From: Octopus vulgaris
Taxonomy: Eukaryota
DNA length: 64,000 nt
Direction: 5' to 3'
NCBI GenBank assembly: GCA_951406725.2
Contig: OX597814.1
Span: 38,502,001 to 38,566,000 of the forward strand
Every line of letters begins with the position of its first letter. Position 1 is the first letter of the stretch. Positions 25,466 through 37,930 of the stretch are shown here, piece after piece. The notes beneath the pieces are model-generated. The model saw only the letters and a list, made by a program, of their open reading frames with translations. It did not search any database and had not been told where the DNA came from. Both the position numbers and the translations under genes were made by a program.

Positions 25466-27009
25466 CTTCAGTCTTCTGTAAAGTAATGTTTAAATTACGT
25501 AGTTTTACTTCCTGTGGGATATTCAAATATCCCCACAGCAATCATTTCTTAAAGCACAAGGTGTACACGGTAAGTTAATATGATATAAAGGAAGGTGCAT
25601 CTTTGGTTTTACTCTAGAAATGTATCCAACTTTGAAATATGGTGGAAAAATTATCTCATGTATATCTGCTAGAACAATGTGGCAATTCTGATATACACAA
25701 TTCTCCCAATTAGGCTTGGCTCATATTGCAGTTGCTTTGTATATTTATCTCTGTAAGCTTATTTGTTTGATTATATAATATCCGTATCTATGTTTTCATA
25801 ATTGACAAAAGAGAGAAATGCTTCTCAAATAGCACACTGTTTACAAGCTCAACGATATTTCTGTTTTATATACCACATTTCCTCTATTGAATAATAAGAT
25901 TTCTTTCAAGTAAAACAAATTGGAGATGAATATTATATTTCATTATATTTTCCCAGCTAACATTTCTTATTTTTATTTCATTTGTATCATTGATGATTGA
26001 ATCTTGTAATTCACATCAATCAAACTGTTGCCCTTTCAGATCTCTACAATAAATGTTCTTTATGAATCTGCATTTGTGACTTTAATCGGAATAATACCGT
26101 GATGTGAGACATCACTGTGATAATAATCGAAACACGAATATTATACAAATGAAGTGAATAAGAAATATCTATGCGTGTTGTACAATAACATTATTTCATC
26201 TAACTGAACAGTCTCATAATTTAGGAAATCTATTATTACGTAATAGTTTAATATACTTCTTCCAATTTTATAATACTAAGTCCTATGATTATTTTGTACG
26301 ATGTAAATAAATGAAACGCCATTATCGGTTTAATCAAAATATTACAATGCAAATACGTAATAAGTTTGTACACGTGTTATCATGCAATATGTAATTTTTA
26401 ATTATCATAATTATTAGTTTAAATTTTATCAGATCTTCAGTTTGTAAACTTCTTAAGGGTTAATTCATATGTAGCTTGAAGTACTGCATAAGAAACCTTT
26501 AGAATAGAGCAATATGAGTAAAATTTATGACTATTGTAGTGCTTCCTTACAGATAAAATATCCGTATATCTGTGAGCAGATGATATATGATAGAAAGCTT
26601 TCAAGAATGGTTACACATATGTTACTGGCTTTTATTTAATAAAATTAAAATGTAAGATTCAACACGACATACATATAAAAATAAACGAAAAAATTATATA
26701 TATCTGCAAAACAAAAACCCCCCAAAAATACAGCTTCACATTTTGTGTAATATATATTCGAGAAACCAGCAGCCTAATTAAATGACCTAGTCAAAGAATA
26801 GTTCCAATTATATGATTAAAAGCATAACAATCCTTAGATATAAAATAATCAACGAATTGATAATCTTCCGATGCAAGAAAATTTTGAAGATCCGTCTTCA
26901 ATAGAAAACATGTATATTAGTAGCTCCGCCTCTTTAAGTTACAGGACCAGTTCGACTACTTGCTTCTGTGAGATTCGTCAAGTAATGTAAGCGTCGCTGA
27001 CGAGAACCC

Positions 27010-27052
<43 letters not shown>

Positions 27053-27620
27053 TATCAAAAAATTCAATTATCATTTTTCAATCAATGGTGAGATAGGTAA
27101 ATTTGATATTTGCATTTTAACAGCGTAGATTTTACATGAAGTAGAACAATAAATATAAGTTGATTACCAGCAACGATATAAATGTACAGCCGATACGTGC
27201 ACAAGCGGAAATCACAACTTTGCAAAACAAGAACAGCGTTCTATGACACGAACGTTACTTCCCCAAACAACGTCTAAATAACGGATATTCAAAATGTATC
27301 CCTATATTTCACCGAAGGACAGACAAATATGGTAGCAACATATCGTTTTCTAGACGTGAAAGGAACAATATATAAACACAGATCCATAAGACAAAAAAAA
27401 CAAAACATCTAGCAACTTAAAGGGAGAGTAACAAATGTTAGTTTCTTTATACTTGGGAATGAAACTGTTTAATCACTGCAAATAATGTTATTCAGAGGCA
27501 ATCAACGAAATGATTAATACATTCTTCCTGAGTAACTTCAAAAGAAAATATCTCCCAAATTTACTGATTTTCTGGCGTACATTATAATACGAAACAAATA
27601 GATTATAAGAAACTTCATTA

Positions 27621-27755
27621 CTACTGTTAATTTTATATCTGAATTTAATATTTTCATCTCATTGCCATTCAGTAACACAAACACACACAAACATTCTACT
27701 GTTAATTTTCTCTCTGAATTTAATATTTTGGTCTCATTGTCAATTAGTAACACAG
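27621..27755. repeat. Local tandem duplication, period about 74 bp
   Basis: CTACTGTTAATTTT..TCTGAATTTAATATTTT..TCTCATTG.CA.T.AGTAACAC present twice. Confidence 0.8.
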
Positions 27756-27788
27756 GCAACTCCCATACAAACACACACTGACACATAC

Positions 27789-27893
27789 CCACAGAGAGGA
27801 ACCATTGGTTGGAATCGTTTCAGATAACATGTTAAAGATTTTTCATTTGATAGGTAAAAACTGAATTCGAATCTTTGAACTTCCTGTTGCATA
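27789..27893 (-). other. Candidate spliced exon (105 nt) of an unidentified host transcript
   Basis: Acceptor TCTTCATTATTTACTCAG| and donor GG|GTATGT; open frame MQQEVQRFEFSFYLSNEKSLTCYLKRFQPMVPLCG; no homology recognised. Confidence 0.35.
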
Positions 27894-28100
27894 CTGAGTA
27901 AATAATGAAGATATGAAAACGAGGGGATGGAAAATTTATGCATCAACACACTTTATTTATTGTAGTATTTTTTTGGAAGTTCCATTCTGAAACGTGCTTC
28001 TGCTGCAAATCCTCCGAATTAAGCGTGCATCACAGATGATTTAAGATACATCAACTGAATGCACATCTATATTTATATCCGCATATTTATACATATAGTA

Positions 28101-28197
<97 letters not shown>

Positions 28198-28610
28198 ATA
28201 CGTGTATGTCTATATGCACGTGTATAAATATTATTTTATTAGCTCAACTTTAGTATGACTATCAGAGACTTTTCAGGCGTTTTTTTAGTAGGAATAAAAT
28301 TTTTATAAAGTAATTGTTCCTAAAATAGTTTATAAAACTGTCATTTATCACTGTAACGTTATGGCAACAAGCAAGAGAATTAAACTTCAATTTTGGTCAT
28401 TGCGATATAAAAAAAAAACGCCAAGAACAAATTAAATTATATGATAAAATACAGATAACCTTTCCAATAAAATACATATTTCAAAACAAGTAAAAGAGGT
28501 GAAAAGTAGAATAATTGAGAATATCAAGCAATTTGATGTTACAACTTCACTTCTCATTTAAATTTTTTCTACTGTCATCATATATTCTTTTACCTTTATC
28601 CATGTATATA

Positions 28611-28689
<79 letters not shown>

Positions 28690-28746
28690 TTCTTCGAGTT
28701 ATTTATTATGGGTTTAACTAATTCATTACTGTTGTTTTCAACGTAC

Positions 28747-28810
28747 CGGTAACAGGAAAGAAGACATTTGCATCTCTACAAGCGGTATGCGCTAGGGAAT
28801 TGCCATAATT
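28747..28810 (-). other. Candidate spliced exon (64 nt) upstream of 27789-27893
   Basis: Acceptor CCGTTTCTGTTTTAG| and donor CCG|GTACGT in non-repetitive sequence. Confidence 0.3.
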
Positions 28811-29371
28811 CTAAAACAGAAACGGTCATTTTGGAATACATTTCTTAATAACCACTGGGTTTGTCAGATTTATGCTTAGAGAAGATATACAAGGTTTAAA
28901 ATTGCCTCAACAAAAACATGAAAATGCAAGTAACAATTGTGTACATCACCATTTATCATAAACTTCCATATTAGTAGTTAGAAAAATATCGTATGAAGAG
29001 AATAACAAAAAAAGTAGCATTGAAAAGTTGCGCGTTAGAATCAACCGTCTGAATTCGATTTAAGTTTAAAATGTATCTACTTAACTAAAAGTAATAGTTT
29101 CTATCCCACAAGCTATTATATAGGTTTCCTTGTCATCATAAATCATCATTTTCTGTAACAAACATTTAAAATCGTTTTGGCTTTTTATAATTTTTGTCTC
29201 TCATACCTTGTCAGCGATTAATTCATTCATACACGCATGGGCACACTCACACACATATACGTGTATTTGTATATACATATATACGTATGTATATATATAT
29301 ATATATGTGTGTACCTATAAATAAATACATATATATGTACCTATATATAAATATATGTATATATATGTACC

Positions 29372-29434
<63 letters not shown>

Positions 29435-29442
29435 TTGTGTGT

Positions 29443-29506
<64 letters not shown>

Positions 29507-29714
29507 GTATTTATTTAGTTATTTACATACATGCACGAAAGCATACGTACGTACATACATAAATGCATGTATAATATTTGTGACTGTATTTAAAATTAGA
29601 GAATATTTGTTACTCGGAAATCGGTGCGTTTGCTAAAATAAACATTGTAAAGTGCAGTTGATTACCAGTTTCGATTATACTTCAAAATTAGAAACAGAAT
29701 AACGTAATACTTTT

Positions 29715-29840
29715 CGATGTGGCATTTCGTCCGTCTTTAGGTTCGGGATTCAAATAACGTTGGGGTCAATTTTGGTTTTCACCTTTCGGTTTCATAATAT
29801 ACGTAAGTACCCCCTGATTCATATCTAATATTTGAAACCA
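29715..29840 (+). mobile_element. Degenerate SINE family A fragment
   Basis: GGCATTTCGTCCGTCTTTAGGTTCGGGATTCAAAT...TTTTCACCTTTCGG...AAGTACC. Confidence 0.55.
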
Positions 29841-30379
29841 ATTTTATAAACGGAAAATGTGAAAAATAAAGTAATTACGTAACACTATCCTACGGTGTTA
29901 AATTTAATTGAAGTGTGCAAACACCATAGCAATGCAACATTGATGGAAAGTAGCATTGAAAACTGTAGAATACTTAACGTCCAAGCTTTAATTTTGTTCA
30001 ATATTTCAATATGTCTTCATTAGTACCTGTGCAATAACGCGTGATAGCACAGTGCTGTAATCTTTCTTTTTCTTAGAAACACAACTGAGAACGCTAAAAT
30101 GCACAAACTCATGTTATTAGAGTAATCAATCTTACACGATATGTTGATGTTGAATGAGGTTTAAATTCATTAAGTTATGGGGTCCTAACGTTACATACAC
30201 TGGCTCTGATATTTCCAGTTTTAAGTATATATTGCGCGCACTTTTAAGTGTGCCAGTCTCCCACTTAAAATACTGTCTCACCTTTCCGAGCGTCAAACTA
30301 ATAAACCTGTGTGTTGTTTCTATACCTGTCGTCGATTTTCATTTTCTGAAAATTTCAACTATATATCTATATGTGCACA

Positions 30380-30455
<76 letters not shown>

Positions 30456-31550
30456 GTGTGTGTATATACGTCGTTTTGGAAATTGTTTATACACACACAC
30501 ACACACAAACGCACACGTACACAGAAACACACACACATATCTACCTATCTATCTATCTATCTATCTATCAGTTTATATGTCTGTGTGTGTATTCATATAT
30601 GCACATACATATTATTCTCTCTTCATTTTTCATTCAATCTCCATTTTTCCTCCCTATGCTTTATGTGGAAGAACGTATGCTCGTATGATTAAAGACATTT
30701 CCATTCTTCCCGATTGTCCAACTAGAACTGGATTTTCTTTCCCCATCACTCTTCGTCTTTTGTTTTCATATTAGTGATAACACTTTTCAGGTTCCATTAG
30801 TCGATATAGACATGTTCATCAATTCGATATAGAAGACCAGATAATCAATAATATAACATAAGGAAAAATTACAGTTTGAAAACAATGAAAAATCAATTTA
30901 TTTATATAATAGTCAATTTTATATCGCCAACGTACGTTTCAATTTCTTATCTGCACTCATATTTTGCGATTCAGATTGAATTATACGCTTGAAAGGTAAA
31001 AACATTTTCAGACCAAAAATTGACAGAAAATTAATTCTCAGTGTAACGGATGGAGAGTTGCTGAACAGCTTATATAGCAGTGTAGGTTTGTGTGTTTGTG
31101 TTAAACTTGTGTGTCTTTTGGATTCCTTTGTAAAAATATATTGCGATTCAGCTACGCCCACAGTGGACATTGGCTAGTTGTGGCTTTCGGAACTGGCTTA
31201 TACCGCCATTCCCCTTAATAGGATGAAGATAGGTGTTATAAAGGCAGCCTAACAATCCTTTCCCTACCCACTTGTAAAAGGAATAAAGTAAAAATATTGA
31301 AATTCACTTCGAATGTTTGGATCATTGGCACCCACATATTTAAACATAGTTCTATTGTCGTTCTGTGTCATATTGATTTACTGAAGTTTTCTTAGGAATT
31401 AATTGTGTAATGGATTCGTTTTCTCACAGCGAAAAGTAACAGTAACGACCTGCGTTTGTGCATTAATCGAAATTGTCGAGTATATTCTAGGTTACACTTA
31501 GTAAATCTATTCTATGTTAGCAGGGATTTGAGATGAAATACTGACAGTGT

Positions 31551-31731
31551 ATATGTGACGTAAGAGGCGAGTAACAGGGGTTGGAGCAAAGGGACTGGAA
31601 ATCCACTCCTAGTAATTTCATATTCTTAAAAATATATTCTTCCTGTCCTTTTAGTAGTATGAACTTACTAGGAGGAGTGGTTTTCCAGTGCCTTCCGCTC
31701 CCGCCCCTTTTAGTTGCCTTTCACGTCATGC
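31551..31731. repeat. Imperfect inverted repeat, arms about 80 bp, spacer about 16 bp
   Basis: Left arm 31551-31631 reverse-complements to TTTTAAGAATATGAAATTACTAGGAGTGGATTTCCAGTCCC...CCCCTGTTACTCGCCTCTTACGTCA; the right arm reads TTTTAGTAGTATGAACTTACTAGGAGGAGTGGTTTTCCAGTGCC...CCCCTTTTAGTTGCCTTTCACGTCA. Confidence 0.85.
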
Positions 31732-31734
31732 ATG

Positions 31735-32150
31735 AATGCTGTGACTGAGGATGAGGAGGATGGAGGAACGGAATTTAAGAAGGGTGATGAATGTAGAGTG
31801 GTAGGCAGCAGAACGGAAGGCAGACCTCGGTTTGTGTCGATGAGTGAACAGAGTGAGGAAAGCTTTGGTGTTTACAGATGTTGGAATGAAAGAGGCAAGA
31901 TAATTTATAAATTATAGGAAACTTAAGCGAGTATTTGTGGATTGCTGAGTGAGTTTGTTGTTGCTCAAGGGGGTAGCCAACTGGCATGATGCGATGGGAG
32001 TGTTGCCGACCATGCTGTGGATATTGGGGGTTGCTTTATGTGCCTTCACCCGAGCTTAGAGTTGGGCTGGCCTCTTCGAGGCTGGGAATGAATGGTCCGC
32101 CGAGTGCATGTCTTGTTGTGGCTACCCACTCCTTAAAAATCGGGAATAGG
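31735..32150 (-). mobile_element. GC-richer fragment, probably the 5' region and APE N-terminus of a CR1-group LINE
   Basis: Minus strand LCSLIDTNRGLPS resembles the APE start LSFTNIRGLRS; composition differs from flanks. Confidence 0.3.
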
Positions 32151-32154
32151 CCTG

Positions 32155-32320
32155 AGTGTAGAAGACAGGTGGTGTAGAAAAATAAACATATATATTACTA
32201 TAACGCTCTGGAATAGAAAAAGTCTTTAACGTTTCGAGCCTATGCACTTCCAGAGAAACGAACACAGAAAGAAACAAGGAAAGAAAGAATGTGTGTAGTT
32301 GCTAGCGATCTATCATGGCG
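32155..32320 (-). mobile_element. Penelope-like terminal repeat remnant with degenerate minimal hammerhead
   Basis: Reverse complement CGCCATGATAGATCGCTAGC...TCTCTGGAAGTGCATAGGCTCGAAACGTTAAAGAC; stem-II/GAAAC-GT layout typical of PLE hammerheads. Confidence 0.45.
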
Positions 32321-32334
32321 AATTTATATATATA

Positions 32335-32411
<77 letters not shown>

Positions 32412-33964
32412 CCCGTGTGTTTGCGTATGTGTGTGTGTGTGTGTTGTGAAATTTTCTATTAACCTTTCATTGTTAAATGCCTGAACAACAAATCGAATAT
32501 TGTAGTGTATAAGAATTGAAACAAACAAATCTCCTCCATTAGATTTTTTATAAATATGTTATATGTGTTGCATCTACTTCCAAACTTACTCATTAGGAAT
32601 GTACTACGCTCACGATGTCTGAAACTTTTGAATGTTTGTCGGCGTATATGTCCAAAATGCATCATTTTACTAGTTGCGTATTAAGAAGATAGATAACAAC
32701 CCTGTATGACCTGGACAAATTAATCTGCATCACATCTGAATAAATCCACTGACAATCCATCGATGATTACAAAATATGACATATAATTTCATTCATGATT
32801 ATAACTTGATTAATATTGATTTTCGCAGTATCGTTATTAGTGATCACTGCAATATGTATCACCTTGAAACTCGAATTATTGATGGTAATTATGCGGATAT
32901 GTTCTACAGAATAATGCAATTGATGTAGCATTAAGTTCATAGAATCTAATCTAGTTTATATTGCATTATATTTTGATGGTACAGATGTTTAACAACAGAG
33001 TCGGTGATTAGTTTCAAAGAGTAAATGTAAAGATTCAGAAAAAAAAATTACTTGCTATTGAAAGTTGAAGTTCATTTACCGCTGAGAAACAACAGTTACA
33101 GTTTTAAGCGCACTTGCACATGCAGCCGCATACACGTTCAAACACACGCACACACACTCACACAAAGACACACACTCACACAAACACACACACAGACACA
33201 CAAAGCCACACACACACACACACATACAAATAATTTTAGGAATACTTGCCACTGGATATTTGCCTGGTGAATGAATGATTTAGTTGTGGAATAAACTGTA
33301 TTCAACTTACTCTAGTTTATAACAGATTCGAGTTTCATGATTTTTTTGTTTAACAACAATTCTTTACTTTCGCATTTTGTTTCAAGGTTCTTGTTGAGAT
33401 CTTGCGTGTTAAAACGGATTGTGATGTTTCATGGGATGATGTCATTCCGATGCTAATAAACATATGCACCATTCAATTTTACTTCTTTAATTATTGATCA
33501 TGTAACTGGTTAACCGACGAGCCAACCGATCCGAAAAAAAACAATGAATGAGTTACCTATCAAAGTTCTTTCGTCAACCTCATCAATGACACGTAGTCTC
33601 TCAGGTAAATCTGCTTAGAAACGATGAATATACATTGGCAGAAAACTGATTGATTGTTAAACCGAACGATTAAGCAAGATATAGACATGTTGTTTGTTTA
33701 ATAATGAACAAGCGAAAGTGAACCAGTGTGTGTATATTGTTTGCTTAATGACCATCCAAACTAAACAAATATTACAGAATATAAAATCTATACTTAAAAT
33801 GTTTCAAGTAATCAATATATATTTTTAAAAGAATATTGGTGTTTGAATGATGAAATACATCAGCCATAATATTCTATACACACGCACAACGCACACACAC
33901 GCATGTGCATGCGCGCGTACAAACGCCCCCATACACACGCACATAAACTTTCACACTCACTAAA

Positions 33965-34113
33965 AATCATGTGACAAATTTTAATACAACAATATGCATT
34001 AAAAGCAGACAACCTACAAAGGCATATAAATAGGAATATTAGTATAATATATATGCCTTTGTAGGTTGTCTGCTTTTAATGCATATTGTTGTATTAAAAC
34101 TTGTCACTTGATT
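33965..34113. repeat. Near-perfect inverted repeat (64-bp arms, 2 mismatches, 21-nt loop)
   Basis: 33965-34028 is the reverse complement of 34050-34113 except at 2 positions. Confidence 0.95.
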
Positions 34114-34319
34114 GTATGTGCAATTTCAATACTGTATTTTAAAACTTATTTAAAGTATCGTTTGTAATATTTGTGCAACAATTATCTATGCAAATAATCT
34201 CTATAGATATATTTCAAGTTCTATTCACTATAGACGGTTCTCAGTCTTCTTTGTTGTATAAAACCAACACAATGTTTGCTACCCACAGTTTCTTTTTAGT
34301 TTTCCAGGCACTATTCCAT

Positions 34320-34760
34320 TCTTATTTCTTTATTGCCCACAAGGTGATAAACATCGAGGGGACAAACAATAACAGGCAAATGTAATAAGTCGATTACATC
34401 GACAGCAGTGTGTAACTGGTACTTAATTTATCGACCCCGAGATGATGAAATGCAAAATCGACCTCGGCGTAATTTGAAATCAGAACGTAACGGCAGATGA
34501 AATATTGCTAAGCATTTCGCCTGGCGTGCTAATGTTTCTTATTTCTTTACTGCCCACAAGGGGCTACACACAGAGGAAACATAGAAGGACAGACAAGGGG
34601 ATTGAGTACATTATAAAAACCTCAGTGCGTAACTGGTATTTATTTAATCGACCCCGAATGATGAAAGGCAAATCGACCTCGGCGGAATTTGAACTCAGAG
34701 CGTCATAGCAGACGAAATATCGCTAAGCATTTCGCCCGGCGTGCTAATGTTTCTGCCATT
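34320..34760 (-). mobile_element. SINE family A, dimeric
   Basis: Two tandem modules each with AATTTGAA(A/C)TCAG and GCTAAGCATTTCGCC.GGCGTGCTAATGTTTC. Confidence 0.9.
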
Positions 34761-36229
34761 CCAACTTAAATCTTACATTCCTTCCACATTCTTATAATCG
34801 TGACACAGTTATCTGAATTGATATACTAAATATAACTCTGTATTCTCCAACACGAACCATATCTTTCCAAAGATATTTTTTTGCAGTTACCAATACAATC
34901 TTATATTTCTTTGTCGCTGTATTTCCTGCTTTCTTTTCTCCCCCGTATTTTACGCGAATGGTACGTTTCCTATGGTCCAAACGTTTGATTCTTGTTCCCA
35001 AAGGCAATGAATCTTAGGAATTGATATATTTGCAAGTTGTAGAGACTTGGCTGCCGCTTTTCGTGCCACACTGAATGTGATTGAGAAGAGTAATGATAAA
35101 GATTCTTCAATCATTGTCAGTCCTTTCTCTCCTATTGTTAATCAAAGTCTAAGTTGTTCTACTCTACTACTGATTGTGTGTGTCGTATGAAGTGCATTTT
35201 TATGCGCTATATAACATGTTGGAAATCAATGGAAAATGTTTCGTTTTGACGTGAATTGGGTTATACATTCATTGTTTTTAAGGTTATTTTCCTTAGCCAT
35301 CTGGTTTTATCCATTTTGAAATATTTGAAAGTAGATAGTCAGTCAGTGCAATCCTGAATTCTTATATTATTTCACTATGCCTCTTGGATAACTGAATTAC
35401 TTTTGTTAAAGATATTGTATTCAAAATAATCGCCATAATATACCTCCTGATAAGTAGCACAGCTTTCTATATATTCAGCACGTTGGTATGGCTCTACTCT
35501 TGTTGGAAAGCTTTGAATTATCTCAGAAGTGTCTATCTATATGAGGATTGTTCCTGTCTCCTTCCTAAAATTTACTTTATATCCTTTTAAAGTCCCACTG
35601 CAATCAAAATATCAATAACTTGATATTATTTGACTGAAGCACTTACCATAATCAGAAACTCAGTATAACTTGACATTTTTGGTCAAATATTCATATGTTT
35701 TTATGTCAACAATCAATGTGGTTACTTGTTACCTCACAAAATCAATATATTTATCAGCTACACTTTGTATTGCTTTTTGGTTCGTATTATGAACATTTTG
35801 GAAAATAATAGTTATTTTGTGATTAAACTAACATATTTGCAGTTTAGGATTATGTGGTCATCTGTCGCCGTAAATTATATATAAATATATGATTATATTT
35901 TTTCTCTTAATATATTCATAGTAATTCGCTAAGGACTTTTCTTGCTAACAGGCTTTCCATGTCTTAGATACGAATTTATTTTAAGTTTATAGTGGTAAAA
36001 GTATATATTGATTCGCCATATACTATGCATTGATGGTATTCAACATACTGTAAATTTTTGTATCCACTGTACCGCAAAAGAAACGCGATTTTTTTCAAAA
36101 CTAACTTTTCTGTTAAATTCTGAAAATCGATTTTGGTGATATATGTAAATATTCCAAAACATGCTGGTTTATGGCTGAGGCACAAATTTCAGCTAACCTT
36201 TCAACTTTCTATGAAATGTGACGCTAGAC

Positions 36230-37930
36230 GCAGCTGCGTTGAATGCCGTGGGTAGCAGTCGCAAACAGTTGTCATGAAAACCCAAATGGTAGTGCATGTC
36301 GTGGAGGTTATGAGTAAATTAATTTGAACCGCGTTCCTGGCATTCGCAATTTGAACTCTGTGTTGGTTATTAACGATCAGAATCGCTTTTTGTCTGTTTA
36401 ACTTTTATATCACTTTGTTAATAATTTCGATTATATTGTTGTGTTTATTTTCGTAACCACTCTTCTTCACTGCTTTGAGGTGGAGTTGTGTCATTATTCC
36501 CATTTTTTAAAGGGAGAAATGTTGTTATTTTGACATGCGTTCTGAAAACGTGAGATCGTCCAACGTGGAGACATCGGAGGAGTTGATGAGATGCGTGAAC
36601 AGCATGGTGGAGGAGTTGGAAAAATGAGGAAGTAAAGATTTGAAAAATGTCAAATATTTTGCAGTTGTTAACGTTATTATAGGGGAAGAAAGTGTTATAA
36701 AATGCAGGACCTAAACATAAGTATAAGGACTTTACGAAAAAGGACGGGTACTAAGGTTATACTGACCACTCCTAGTGAAGTCGCAGAAGACCTTGATAAA
36801 AAGACGGTAATCTTTAAATCATTTATTAAGAAAGAGAGAATAGAAATGACAAATATGAAGGAGATCGAGAAGAGCTTGGCACCCATATGGCTGGAAATAA
36901 CGTACTGGCCAGTGGTGCGAAATATGCTACAGTGGAAGTGCGGTTCTCCTCAGAGGAAAAGGCCAGGTAATATTCCGTGGCTTCCTTGTCTTCGGATAAT
37001 ATAATCCTCCAGGCCGCGAGAGTGGCAGTGCGGAAATTGCTGAAGCAAGGCCTGCAAATTGTCATCCAGTCTGCCCCAGCGATCTGGAAGCCATCGTAGA
37101 CACCATAGTGGTAGGCGAGAAGAAATTGAGAGTATTGTTAGAGGGCAGGTATCTACGGTGCGCTGCACACTCTCAAAAATACCAGAGGCTACACCGGTGG
37201 AGACCGCTCACCTACCCGTGACGGCGTCGAAGTCGGAGGGAGTGTTCCGTAAGGAGCCGCGTAAACAAGTTGAAGAAGATACAAGAAAGACATGGACGAC
37301 GGTTTCAAAAAGAAACATGAAGAAGGCAAAGAGAACACACCAGTGTTGATGACACCCCCACCTGCCCCACCTAACACTGACCCCGACCTCGCCCCTAAAA
37401 AAATACAAACAGACATACAACAGTTCACAAACCCCAGTCCCCAACCTGTGAAAGAGTTGTGTCATTTTTATAACGTCTTCATTAAAGAACTAGCAGATGG
37501 AAATCAAAGGATAGACATTACTAAACTGGATGTTTCGGTTTGTGAGTTGTGACGGGCACAAACGAGATGTGCCGTCGAGAGCGGAGGACACCTTCATAGA
37601 CCGAGGGAGAAGTTTGGGGAAAGGAGTATGTGTTGTACGAGGAGATAGACATTAACACGTTGCCAACATCGGTGAGTTTGGAATATATTTTAATTTTAAA
37701 AACGGAAAAAAACGACTTACTTGGTAATTTGTTATAAAACGAGTTCAATGAGGTCGCTCAGAGTACCGACGGTGTATGTTCTTTTGAACATGTCACGCCC
37801 TACAATCGCGAGGTGCTGGAACCGCCCACTACCAGGACACATAAGAACGACCCATAGACTGTGGTCAAAGTGCATCGGAGAAATTGGCATTATCAGATTT
37901 ATCAAAATTTTTCGCTGACTTAATAAACTT
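36230..37930 (+). mobile_element. Decayed 5'-UTR/ORF1-like region of a non-LTR retrotransposon (L1/Tx1-like)
   Basis: Purine-rich, GC-richer block with fragmented Lys/Glu-rich ORFs; layout resembles the zinc-knuckle ORF1 remnant at 50.4-51.3 kb; Pro-rich tail TPPPAPP. No intact diagnostic motif. Confidence 0.45.

Noticed and set aside
26553-26640. Plus-strand acceptor followed by IKYPYICEQ, reminiscent of a C-type lectin C-terminus
   Set aside because: No upstream lectin exons (WIG/WND motifs) found; too short to distinguish from chance.
26996-27010. CTGACGAG hammerhead core box
   Set aside because: No downstream stem II/GAAA; runs into a TA array.
27270-27380. YFTEG...RFLDVKGTIYK, a Penelope RT-like echo
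   Set aside because: Single weak motif; insufficient support to call.
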